Below, piece by piece: positions 1 to 7,479 of a stretch of DNA of 32,000 nucleotides (position 1 is the first letter of the stretch; each line of letters opens with the position of its first letter). The DNA is from Nostoc punctiforme PCC 73102 (GTDB taxonomy: Bacteria; Cyanobacteriota; Cyanobacteriia; Cyanobacteriales; Nostocaceae). The notes beneath the pieces were generated by a model. It searched no databases. It saw nothing but the letters and a program-made list of their open reading frames with translations, and was not told the origin of the DNA. Position numbers and translations under genes: made by a program. The stretch covers positions 3,630,001-3,662,000 of the forward strand of contig NC_010628.1 of the NCBI RefSeq assembly GCF_000020025.1. Reading direction: 5' to 3'.

Positions 1-207
1 TCAGCAGATTTGCTTGCACTCAAAAAAGCCTTCCGAATTCTCTACCGTTCTGATTTGTCCTTTAAGGATGCTTTGGAAAAACTGGAACTTTTAGGCGATA
101 GCGAACAATTACAACATCTGCGTCGCTTCCTGCTACTTTCTCAGATGCCAGGTAGACGCGGCTTGATTCCCGGTAAAGGGAAAAAAGGCACGAGTGATGA
201 ATCGTGA
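1..207 (+). CDS. lpxA: Acyl-ACP--UDP-N-acetylglucosamine O-acyltransferase (LpxA), C-terminal fragment; 5' end lies outside the window
   Basis: Frame 1 is open from base 1. The tail LKKAFRILYRSDLSFKDALEKLELLGDSEQLQHLRRFL resembles the helical C-terminal domain of LpxA. It sits directly upstream of lpxB, as in the conserved lpxA-lpxB arrangement. Confidence 0.7.
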   Translation, partial: SADLLALKKAFRILYRSDLSFKDALEKLELLGDSEQLQHLRRFLLLSQMPGRRGLIPGKGKKGTSDES

Positions 208-212
208 ATTAT

Positions 213-293
213 GAGTTAGGAGTTATGGGTTAGGAGTTATGGTTGATGAATTGAATTTTTAACTCCTGACTCTTAACTCCTCACTTCTAACTA
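213..293. repeat. Inverted heptamer arrays, (GAGTTAK)x4 at 213-240 facing (TAACTCC-like)x5 at 260-293; STRR-like imperfect stem-loop in the lpxA-lpxB spacer
   Basis: Read directly: gagttag gagttat gggttag gagttat on the left, and taactcc tgactct taactcc tcacttc taacta on the right. The right array is the reverse complement of the left unit. Confidence 0.75.
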
Positions 294-329
294 TTTATTC
301 CTAAGTTTTTACTAATTACCAATTATCAA

Positions 330-1496
330 ATGCGGATTTTTATCAGCACTGGCGAAGTATCTGGCGATTTACAAGGATCGCTGCTCATTACAGCGCTGAA
401 GCGTCAAGCTATGGCGATTGGGTTGAAATTAGAGATTGTGGCGCTGGGTGGCGAAAAAATGGTGGAGGCTGGGGCAATTCTGCTGGGCAATACTAGTAGT
501 ATTGGCTCAATGGGTATTCTAGAAGGGTTGCCCTATATTCTACCTACTCTCCAGGTACAACGTCAGGCGATCGCTTCTCTAAAACAAAATCCACCAGATT
601 TAGTAGTGCTGATCGATTATATGACTCCCAATCTGGAAATTGGGACTTATATGAAACAGCAGCTACCAGATGTGCCTGTGGTATATTACATTGCTCCCCA
701 AGAATGGGCTTGGTCATTAAGTTTGCGTAGAACTAACCGGATTGTTGGTTTTACAGATAAGCTGTTGGCAATTTTCCCACAAGAAGCCCGTTTTTTTCGT
801 GAGCAAGGGGCAAAAGTTACTTGGGTAGGGCATCCTTTGATTGACCGAATGCAAGACGCTCCCAGTCGCCAAGCAGCGCGTGCAACACTGGGGATTGCGC
901 CAGAACAAATTGCGATCGCACTTCTCCCCGCCTCTCGCCGCCAAGAATTAAAATATCTTTTACCAGTAATTTTTCAAGCCGCCCAAACTATTCAAGCTAA
1001 ATTACCTGAAGTTCATTTCTGGATTCCCCTTTCTTTGGAAGTCTATAGACAGCCAATTGAGGAGGCTATTGAGCGTTACGGTTTACGGGCGACAGTTCTA
1101 TCAGGTCAACAAATGGAAGTTTTTGCTGCGGCTGATTTAGCCATTAGTAAATCTGGTACTGTCAATTTAGAACTTGCTTTGTTAAATGTGCCCCAAGTTG
1201 TAGTTTACCGCCTCAGTCGCCTGACTGCTTGGATAGCTCGTAAAATCCTCAAAGGTTCTATAGCCTTTGCATCGCCACCCAACTTAGTTGTGATGAAGCC
1301 GATTGTGCCAGAATTTTTACAAGAGCAAGCCACAGCAGAGAATATTATCCAAGCCGCGATGGAACTACTACTCAATCCCAGTCGCAGAGAGCAAACTTTG
1401 CTAGATTATGAAGAAATGCGGCAAAGTTTAGGAGAAGTGGGAGTGTGCGATCGCGTTGCTCAAGAAATTTTGCAAATGCGACCAAATAATTCGTAG
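330..1496 (+). CDS. lpxB: Lipid-A-disaccharide synthase
   Basis: 388-aa ORF starting MRIFISTGEVSGDLQGSLLI, the typical LpxB N-terminus. Length and the GT-B type C-terminal half (SGTVNLELALLNVPQVVVY) fit LpxB, and it follows lpxA. Confidence 0.9.
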   Translation: MRIFISTGEVSGDLQGSLLITALKRQAMAIGLKLEIVALGGEKMVEAGAILLGNTSSIGSMGILEGLPYILPTLQVQRQAIASLKQNPPDLVVLIDYMTPNLEIGTYMKQQLPDVPVVYYIAPQEWAWSLSLRRTNRIVGFTDKLLAIFPQEARFFREQGAKVTWVGHPLIDRMQDAPSRQAARATLGIAPEQIAIALLPASRRQELKYLLPVIFQAAQTIQAKLPEVHFWIPLSLEVYRQPIEEAIERYGLRATVLSGQQMEVFAAADLAISKSGTVNLELALLNVPQVVVYRLSRLTAWIARKILKGSIAFASPPNLVVMKPIVPEFLQEQATAENIIQAAMELLLNPSRREQTLLDYEEMRQSLGEVGVCDRVAQEILQMRPNNS

Positions 1497-1519
1497 TTCG
1501 TAATTCGTAATTCGTAATT
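1488..1519. repeat. Tandem heptamer AATTCGT/AGTTCGT x4 (STRR-like) overlapping the lpxB stop codon; inverted copies at 1608-1620 and 1682-1693
   Basis: aattcgt agttcgt aattcgt aattcgt aatta read directly. The reverse-complement copies aattacgaattac and aattacgaatta lie further downstream in the same spacer. Confidence 0.85.
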
Positions 1520-1705
1520 AAAAATAGAGAATCAATCAGTTTACTTAGGAGTAAAATTAAGTACGAACTACCTATTATTTGCCGAAACCCGCATTTATGC
1601 TTATGGTAATTACGAATTACCTTAGCGTAGCGGTAGCGATTCCGCGTTCGCTTTTAGCGTTTCGTAGAGAGCGTCATTAGAAATTACGAATTAGATTGGG
1701 GTGTC

Positions 1706-2971
1706 ATGGCTTATGAGATGAGAAAACAAAGAGCGATCGCAGTTGATTTGTTCGCTGGCGCGGGTGGTATGACTCTTGGCTTTGAACAAGCTGGTTTTGA
1801 CGTGCTAGCCTCTGTAGAAATTGACCCTATCCACTGTGCAACACATGAGTTTAATTTTCCTTATTGCTCAGTGTTATGTCAAAGTGTTGTGGATACAACT
1901 GGTGAAGAAATTAGGAGTCGGTCTAAAATTGGCGATCGCGAAATTGATGTGGTAATTTGTGGTTCACCATGTCAAGGATTTTCTCTAATTGGTAAACGGG
2001 TTGTTGATGATCCGCGAAATTCTTTAGTGTTTCACTTTCATCGGCTGGTTTTTGAGCTAAAACCGAAATTCTTTGTAATGGAAAATGTTCGGGGAATCAC
2101 AGTTGGCGAACATAAAAAAATCCTCCAATCTTTAATTAGTGAGTTTAAAATTTACGGCTATAAAGTAGAAGAAAATTACCAAATTCTCAATGCTGCAAAT
2201 TACGGAGTACCACAGTCACGTGAGAGATTATTTCTTATAGGTGCAAGGGAGGATGTAGAATTACCAAAATATCCTCAGCCGATTACTAAACCAGCATTAC
2301 CAAATAATTTAACTTCTAAAAAAATATCTAATATCCCATTGAGTCCTACAGTATGGGACGCAATTAAAGATTTACCCGAAATAGAAAACTATCCTGAGTT
2401 AGTAGCAAGAGATTGGGTTGTTGGAGAATACGAAAAGCCTAGTAACTATGCTCGTGTACTTCGCGGTCTTAAATGTCTAAAAAATGATTATTCTTATAAA
2501 CGTGAATATGATTTGCGAATCCTTTCTTCAAGTTTAAGAACAAAACATTCTGCAGAAACTATTCAACGCTTTCAGGAGACTGAACAAGGCGATAGAGAAA
2601 AAATTAGTCGTTTTTATAAGCTACATCCTGCTGGTGTCTGCAATACTCTAAGAGCTGGAACAGACAAATATAGGGGTTCTTTCACCTCTCCTAGACCGAT
2701 TCATCCATTTACGCCTCGTTGCATTACAGTCAGAGAAGCGGCGAGATTACATTCTTACCCCGATTGGTTTAGATTTCATGTAACTAAATGGCACGGATTT
2801 AGGCAAGTTGGTAACTCTGTACCACCGCTACTAGCAAAGGCTGTGGCTGGTGAAATTATTAGTAGTTTGAATATTTCGCCTTTTAAGCCGAGTTTGCGAT
2901 ACAAGTTGGGAGACGAGAAGCTACTACAGTTTAAGATGTCGCAAGCGGAACAATATTATCAGCGTGACTAG
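1706..2971 (+). CDS. DNA (cytosine-5)-methyltransferase, solitary (no adjacent restriction endonuclease)
   Basis: Canonical C5-MTase motifs appear in order: DLFAGAGGMTLGF (I, AdoMet binding), GSPCQGFS (IV, catalytic Cys), ENV (VI), QSRERLF (VIII), REAARLHSYPD (IX region), GNSVPP (X). A long variable target-recognition region lies between VIII and IX. Confidence 0.92.
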   Translation: MAYEMRKQRAIAVDLFAGAGGMTLGFEQAGFDVLASVEIDPIHCATHEFNFPYCSVLCQSVVDTTGEEIRSRSKIGDREIDVVICGSPCQGFSLIGKRVVDDPRNSLVFHFHRLVFELKPKFFVMENVRGITVGEHKKILQSLISEFKIYGYKVEENYQILNAANYGVPQSRERLFLIGAREDVELPKYPQPITKPALPNNLTSKKISNIPLSPTVWDAIKDLPEIENYPELVARDWVVGEYEKPSNYARVLRGLKCLKNDYSYKREYDLRILSSSLRTKHSAETIQRFQETEQGDREKISRFYKLHPAGVCNTLRAGTDKYRGSFTSPRPIHPFTPRCITVREAARLHSYPDWFRFHVTKWHGFRQVGNSVPPLLAKAVAGEIISSLNISPFKPSLRYKLGDEKLLQFKMSQAEQYYQRD

Positions 2972-3005
2972 TAATAATACACTTCGTAATATGTGCAAGG
3001 TTGCG

Positions 3006-3746
3006 CTAAGTCCAAGTACGGAAAAATGTACTATCTTCCCAGATATTAGCAGCCGCCAGTGCGATCGCTGTTAATTCTTCCTTTTTAAGAGGCACAAAAG
3101 CCCGCGCTATCTTGACATTATTCTCTAATTGTGAAACGGTTTCTGCCGCAATTACACAACAATGAACTCCAGGCTGAGACATTGTGTAACCTAAAGCTTG
3201 CTCCATACCTGTCAACCCACCTGGTTTAAACAGTCGACCATAAGCCGGAACTTTCATCGCAATCACACCGACATTTTTTTCTTGAGCAACTGGTAAAACT
3301 ACTGGGATAAATGGACGTGGGTGGTGTTTGTCGGCGGCATTCACAGGAATCAGCGTAGTGTGGAAAGGATAGCGACGTAACCCTTCGGCAATCACTTGAG
3401 GATCGTGATGTCCGGTAAGACCTGCGAAGCGCACCAGTTTTTGTTGTATGGCTTCTTCTAAAGCTTTAATTGCGCCAGATGGACTAAAGATGGTGTCGAG
3501 TTCTTGAGAAAAAGAAACGTGGTGCAACTGCCACAAATCGAGATAATCTGTATTGAGACGTTTTAGCGATCGCTCCAATTCTCGCCAAGCTCCATCCCGA
3601 TCTCTTTTATCGGTCTTGCTTGCTAGAAATATCTTTGAGCGATGGGGTGGTAGCACTTTGCCTAAATAATCTTCACTCGGCCCATAACTAGCCGCCGTAT
3701 CAAAGTAGCGAATGCCAAGTTCCAGCGCTCTTTGAATTATTGCCAC
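3006..3746 (-). CDS. Aldo/keto reductase family oxidoreductase; N-terminus apparently incomplete (see findings)
   Basis: AKR-like motifs LELGIRYFDTAASYG, YLDLWQLHH and GVIAMKV. The longest ORF starts at a GTG. AKR-like sequence continues upstream without any start codon until an in-frame TAA at 3828-3830. Confidence 0.75.
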   Translation of the reverse strand: MAIIQRALELGIRYFDTAASYGPSEDYLGKVLPPHRSKIFLASKTDKRDRDGAWRELERSLKRLNTDYLDLWQLHHVSFSQELDTIFSPSGAIKALEEAIQQKLVRFAGLTGHHDPQVIAEGLRRYPFHTTLIPVNAADKHHPRPFIPVVLPVAQEKNVGVIAMKVPAYGRLFKPGGLTGMEQALGYTMSQPGVHCCVIAAETVSQLENNVKIARAFVPLKKEELTAIALAAANIWEDSTFFRTWT

Positions 3747-3893
3747 AGCATCATCCTCTTTTCCTTCCCAGGATAGTGGCGTTTGTCCTGACCACCAGGT
3801 TTGACGATCGCCTGTTGCCTGAGTCCATTAAGCATGATAATTTATCCTCATTAGTGTCGAACATCCCATTTCATCAGGATAGGTGAAAATCAG

Positions 3894-3920
3894 AGCGATG
3901 CCTACGGCGGCAAGCTACGC
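3894..3920. repeat. Small dispersed repeat AGCGATGCCTACGGCGGCAAGCTACGC; identical 27-mer at 29139-29165
   Basis: Exact 27-nt identity between the two sites, read directly. Related copies share the frame GCGATG(C/T)CTA...CTACGC at 9579-9608, 17163-17189, 18335-18360 and, inverted, at 18286-18314. Confidence 0.8.
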
Positions 3921-3957
3921 ACTGCCTTTTCTAGCTTAATTTTGAGGTGCGATCGCA

Positions 3958-5121
3958 TTACTTGCCAGCGACGGCATTTTTCTGAGCGTAGTTGATATTT
4001 TTCTGATACTCTATGATTTTTTGTTGAGCGATTGCATAATTTGGGCTAGAAGATGGCACAGTTTTCATAAGTGCGATTGCAGTTTCCCACTGACTTGCAA
4101 CTGTCTTCCACTCATCGAGAGATTTTGCTGACTGAGTAAGGTTAGCGGCATTAATTGCTTTACTTACCGCTTCTCGAAATGTATCGCTTTGAAGTAACAC
4201 AGTCGGGGATTCTGGAATAACTGGTGAGGGTGTAACTAATATAGAACTTGATGGTATTTGTGTTGGATTTTTAGAGGTTATGGAAAGTAGTTCTCTGAAG
4301 TGTGAAGATAAATATATTCCTATAGAAATTGAAAATATCAAAAAAATAAGCAGCAAATTTCTATTTAGATGACGATATTTATGTTTAGCCTTGCTAATTA
4401 TATTTTCTTCATTATTCGAGAAAACATTTGATTTCATTTGGTGTACACCCATCTCCCCGCGCAATCTATTAAGTTCTTGATCTGTATTAAAATCAGTCTT
4501 GGATTTACTTGCATCCGTTTCTTTAGTGCCAGAGTAAGCAGATATTATTCGCTGTCTTACCAAATATTCAATTTGATAAGTTAGTGCCCCACTAGAAATA
4601 TAAAACAGCCCAAATATTACTATTATTTTATTTCCAATTTCTGTGTAGTATTCAACTGGTTTAGTGTAACTAATATTAAATAATGGCAAAAGTATTGTCG
4701 AGAAAAATACTGCTATCAGTGTAGAAGTTGCAATTACAAGCCAAGCATACAATCCTTCCCACCAACTCATTATTCCTGGAAATAATCCTTTTGTTCTACC
4801 TATTTCTGGTGCTTGGATTTCTGAGATAAAATGACTTATGAGTAAGTGTAAGAAGTGATGAGTGAAAGAAATTATAGGAATTGGAGATAGGATTAACAGT
4901 ATTGTCAAGATAACAAATAACTCGGGGCTTTTGACCAAATAGGTAATTTGGTAGCCTACTTTTCCAGGGTTATTGAGTATAAATATAATAAAGCTCAAAA
5001 ATAGATTCAAAATTAATGCTTTTAACCAAGAAGTAGGATAAGGAAACCATAAAGGCCAGTAAAACTTTTGTAACTTTTGCTTAGTAACTTCTTGAATATT
5101 GGGATTTTTCATAATTAACAA
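3958..5121 (-). CDS. Multi-pass membrane protein of unknown function with a soluble C-terminal tail
   Basis: 387-aa ORF with several long hydrophobic segments (LILNLFLSFIIFIL, LFVILTILLILSPIPIISF, LYAWLVIATSTLIAVFFSTILLPLF, LLLIFLIFSISIGIYL). The hydrophilic C-terminus is ...DEWKTVASQWETAIALMKTVPSSSPNYAIAQQKIIEYQKNINYAQ. The coding sequence is AT-rich. Confidence 0.6.
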   Translation of the reverse strand: MLIMKNPNIQEVTKQKLQKFYWPLWFPYPTSWLKALILNLFLSFIIFILNNPGKVGYQITYLVKSPELFVILTILLILSPIPIISFTHHFLHLLISHFISEIQAPEIGRTKGLFPGIMSWWEGLYAWLVIATSTLIAVFFSTILLPLFNISYTKPVEYYTEIGNKIIVIFGLFYISSGALTYQIEYLVRQRIISAYSGTKETDASKSKTDFNTDQELNRLRGEMGVHQMKSNVFSNNEENIISKAKHKYRHLNRNLLLIFLIFSISIGIYLSSHFRELLSITSKNPTQIPSSSILVTPSPVIPESPTVLLQSDTFREAVSKAINAANLTQSAKSLDEWKTVASQWETAIALMKTVPSSSPNYAIAQQKIIEYQKNINYAQKNAVAGK

Positions 5122-5296
5122 ATGCGAAAAGCTGATAAATTATCGTCTATATTAGGATTCCCCATATACAGATAAAAGCAACATTAACAAAATTTTTAGA
5201 GCTATATATTTAAAATTAACTTGATTTATTAGATTTTTGGCAGAAGCCCCTGATTTAGAATCTTTCTCTGCACCTATGCATGAGGCGGATTAGATA

Positions 5297-5824
5297 TTAA
5301 CGTTCCTTTGTAATTACAGAGCTACCATTACTAATACTTACTTTTTGAATAAAAATGTCAGTACAAGATGATAAAATATCAGAACTTATTTTATTAGCAA
5401 TAGATTCAAAATCTTGGTTTGTTAATCCCCGCACTGTATCGCCACTTAAATTAATAAAAATAGTTAAAAATTGAGATTCACTAGAAGACTCTTCATTATC
5501 TGCTGCTTCTAGTTCATCTTCTACTATGCCTAGATTAAACTCTTTAGTCCAAGCTGGAAACTTCTTACCCGTTTGTTGCCCATAAATTTTCACGCTTTCA
5601 ATAGATGCAGCCCCTAAACCAGTTAAACCTTTGCGAATAAATGCAACTAAAATTTGCTGATTTGGTACTTGGGCAGATTCTAGCTTTACCTCTAACCAAG
5701 CATCTTGAAAGGCAACTTTTGCAGCGATCCCTTTGGGGTGTAGGTGGCGGTTCATCAGAGATGCGATCGCATCTACATCTCCCTGTTTTGCAAGTTCCAG
5801 AATATTTGGCTCTGTCATAACCAT
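5297..5824 (-). CDS. Hypothetical protein (175 aa), same strand as and upstream of the membrane protein gene
   Basis: Long ORF with no competing ORF on the other frames. No recognisable catalytic motif. Confidence 0.5.
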   Translation of the reverse strand: MVMTEPNILELAKQGDVDAIASLMNRHLHPKGIAAKVAFQDAWLEVKLESAQVPNQQILVAFIRKGLTGLGAASIESVKIYGQQTGKKFPAWTKEFNLGIVEDELEAADNEESSSESQFLTIFINLSGDTVRGLTNQDFESIANKISSDILSSCTDIFIQKVSISNGSSVITKER

Positions 5825-6051
5825 TAAAAGAGAAAATCTAGGAAAATAAGCTTATATTCTTAGAATTCCCTCTTAACAGCCTTAAGTAACATTATGATGC
5901 AAAATATCAACTAAGTTAGGTTAAAATATTTAGTATAAAGATAGTCTTTCACAGACTTTTGTAAAAAATATATTTTCCTGGATCAACATCGGTTTTTGCC
6001 CTTGCCAAATTAACAGGATTAATATTAATCAGTTTAATTCCCATTTTCAAT

Positions 6052-6717
6052 ATGAAATTTTATCGAGATCATACTTGGCCTTCGACGCTGGAAGAAGCCA
6101 TAGTTATCCAAGAAAAGCTGCGAGATCAGGTAATTACTGAGGATCAACTAGAAGAACCGATCCAGTACGTTGCTGGAGTGGATATGGGTTTTGAAGCTGA
6201 TGGAACCATTAGCCGGGCAGCTGTCGCAGTACTGAGTTTTCCTGATTTACAAGTAATTGAGACGAGCCTAGCACACCGTCCTACTACCTTTCCTTATGTT
6301 CCTGGGTTCCTCTCATTTCGGGAAATTCCAGCTGTTCTCGATGCCTTGGAGAAAATTCAAACAACACCAAATATTATCCTGTGTGATGGTCAAGGAATTG
6401 CTCATCCCCGCAGATTAGGTATAGCTAGCCATTTAGGGTTACTTATAGATATGCCAACAATTGGTGTAGCTAAGTCCAGGTTGGTTGGTAAGTATGAGGA
6501 ATTGGCAGAAACCAAAGGCAGCAGCCAACCACTGATATATAACGGTGAAACCGTTGGGGTTGTTTTGCGATCGCGCACAGGAGTAAAACCTCTGTATATC
6601 TCCAGTGGACATCGAATTAGTTTACCCACAGCAATTGACTATGTATTACGCTGCACGCCAAAATATCGGCTGCCAGAAACTACACGCATCGCTGATAAAT
6701 TAGCGTCGGCGAAATAA
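6052..6717 (+). CDS. nfi: Endonuclease V (deoxyinosine 3' endonuclease)
   Basis: 221-aa ORF with VAGVDMGF (catalytic Asp region), PYVPGFLSFREIPAVL and DGQGIAHPRRLGIASHLGLLIDMPTIGVAKS, all characteristic of Nfi. Confidence 0.9.
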   Translation: MKFYRDHTWPSTLEEAIVIQEKLRDQVITEDQLEEPIQYVAGVDMGFEADGTISRAAVAVLSFPDLQVIETSLAHRPTTFPYVPGFLSFREIPAVLDALEKIQTTPNIILCDGQGIAHPRRLGIASHLGLLIDMPTIGVAKSRLVGKYEELAETKGSSQPLIYNGETVGVVLRSRTGVKPLYISSGHRISLPTAIDYVLRCTPKYRLPETTRIADKLASAK

Positions 6718-6824
6718 AGCTTGTTGAAGTTTTTTCTAAATACTTGCTTGCGCCTACTCAATCATGTTAGGAATCGCACAGAAAGAAGTTGAAGTAGCTA
6801 AATACGATTTACGAAGTTAGAACA

Positions 6825-7364
6825 ATGAACGCACTAACTTTACAGTGGCACGATGCAGGTCAAGATAAAACTCAGAACATTTACGAACAACAACCAAGTC
6901 AAAATCCTGGTACTGTCCGCATTGGTCGCGATCGACTCCGGTGCGATATTGTTTTGAGTCACCCTACTGTATCTGGTCTGCACGTTGAAATCTTTTTTCA
7001 TCAACAGCAACAGCGCTTTTATATCAGGAATTTGCGATCGCAAAATCCCCCCCTTGTCGATGGACGGCAATTAGTCCAAGGTGAAATGCCTTTAACAGAG
7101 GGTACTACTATCTCTTTGGGACAAATAAAACTCAACGTTACTCAAGTTTCCACAGGCAGCATTCCAGCAACAATTTTGATGCCACCGCATCCCGGACATC
7201 ATCACCATTCACCAACGCCTTCCGCACCACCGCTAGGAATTTATGGTCTAGAATGCCCCAAATGTCATAAAGTTTCCCCAGGAGAGAATCTACAAATTGG
7301 TTGTCATTGGTGTGGAACATCTTTGGCTGCGGCTGTGAGTGTTTTAGTAGCACCGGGTAGTTGA
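6825..7364 (+). CDS. FHA-domain protein with C-terminal zinc-ribbon-like CxxC...CxxC
   Basis: FHA signature RIGRD...VSGLHVEI...NPPLVDG. A His/Pro-rich linker (PPHPGHHHHSPTPSAPP) is followed by CPKCHKVSPGENLQIGCHWCG. Confidence 0.8.
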   Translation: MNALTLQWHDAGQDKTQNIYEQQPSQNPGTVRIGRDRLRCDIVLSHPTVSGLHVEIFFHQQQQRFYIRNLRSQNPPLVDGRQLVQGEMPLTEGTTISLGQIKLNVTQVSTGSIPATILMPPHPGHHHHSPTPSAPPLGIYGLECPKCHKVSPGENLQIGCHWCGTSLAAAVSVLVAPGS

Positions 7365-7404
7365 GGAGCGCAGAGGAGCAGGGGAGCAGGGGAGCAGGGG
7401 AGCA
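7363..7404. repeat. Tandem octamer tract GAGGAGCG-ca-GAGGAGCA-(GGGGAGCA)x3 overlapping the stop codon of the first FHA gene
   Basis: Read directly from 7363-7404. Confidence 0.85.
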
Positions 7405-7430
7405 AAAGAAGAATTCCTAACTCTTGACTT

Positions 7431-7479
7431 AATGACAAATGACCAATGACAAATGACAAATGACCAATGACTAATGACT
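7431..7479. repeat. STRR-type tandem heptamer (AATGACN)x7 containing the start codon of the second FHA gene
   Basis: aatgaca aatgacc aatgaca aatgaca aatgacc aatgact aatgact. The unit is the complement of the TTGGTCA-type cyanobacterial STRR heptamer. Confidence 0.9.

Noticed and set aside
1706-2971. Restriction-modification system
   Set aside because: No candidate endonuclease ORF lies adjacent on either side, so the methyltransferase is called solitary.
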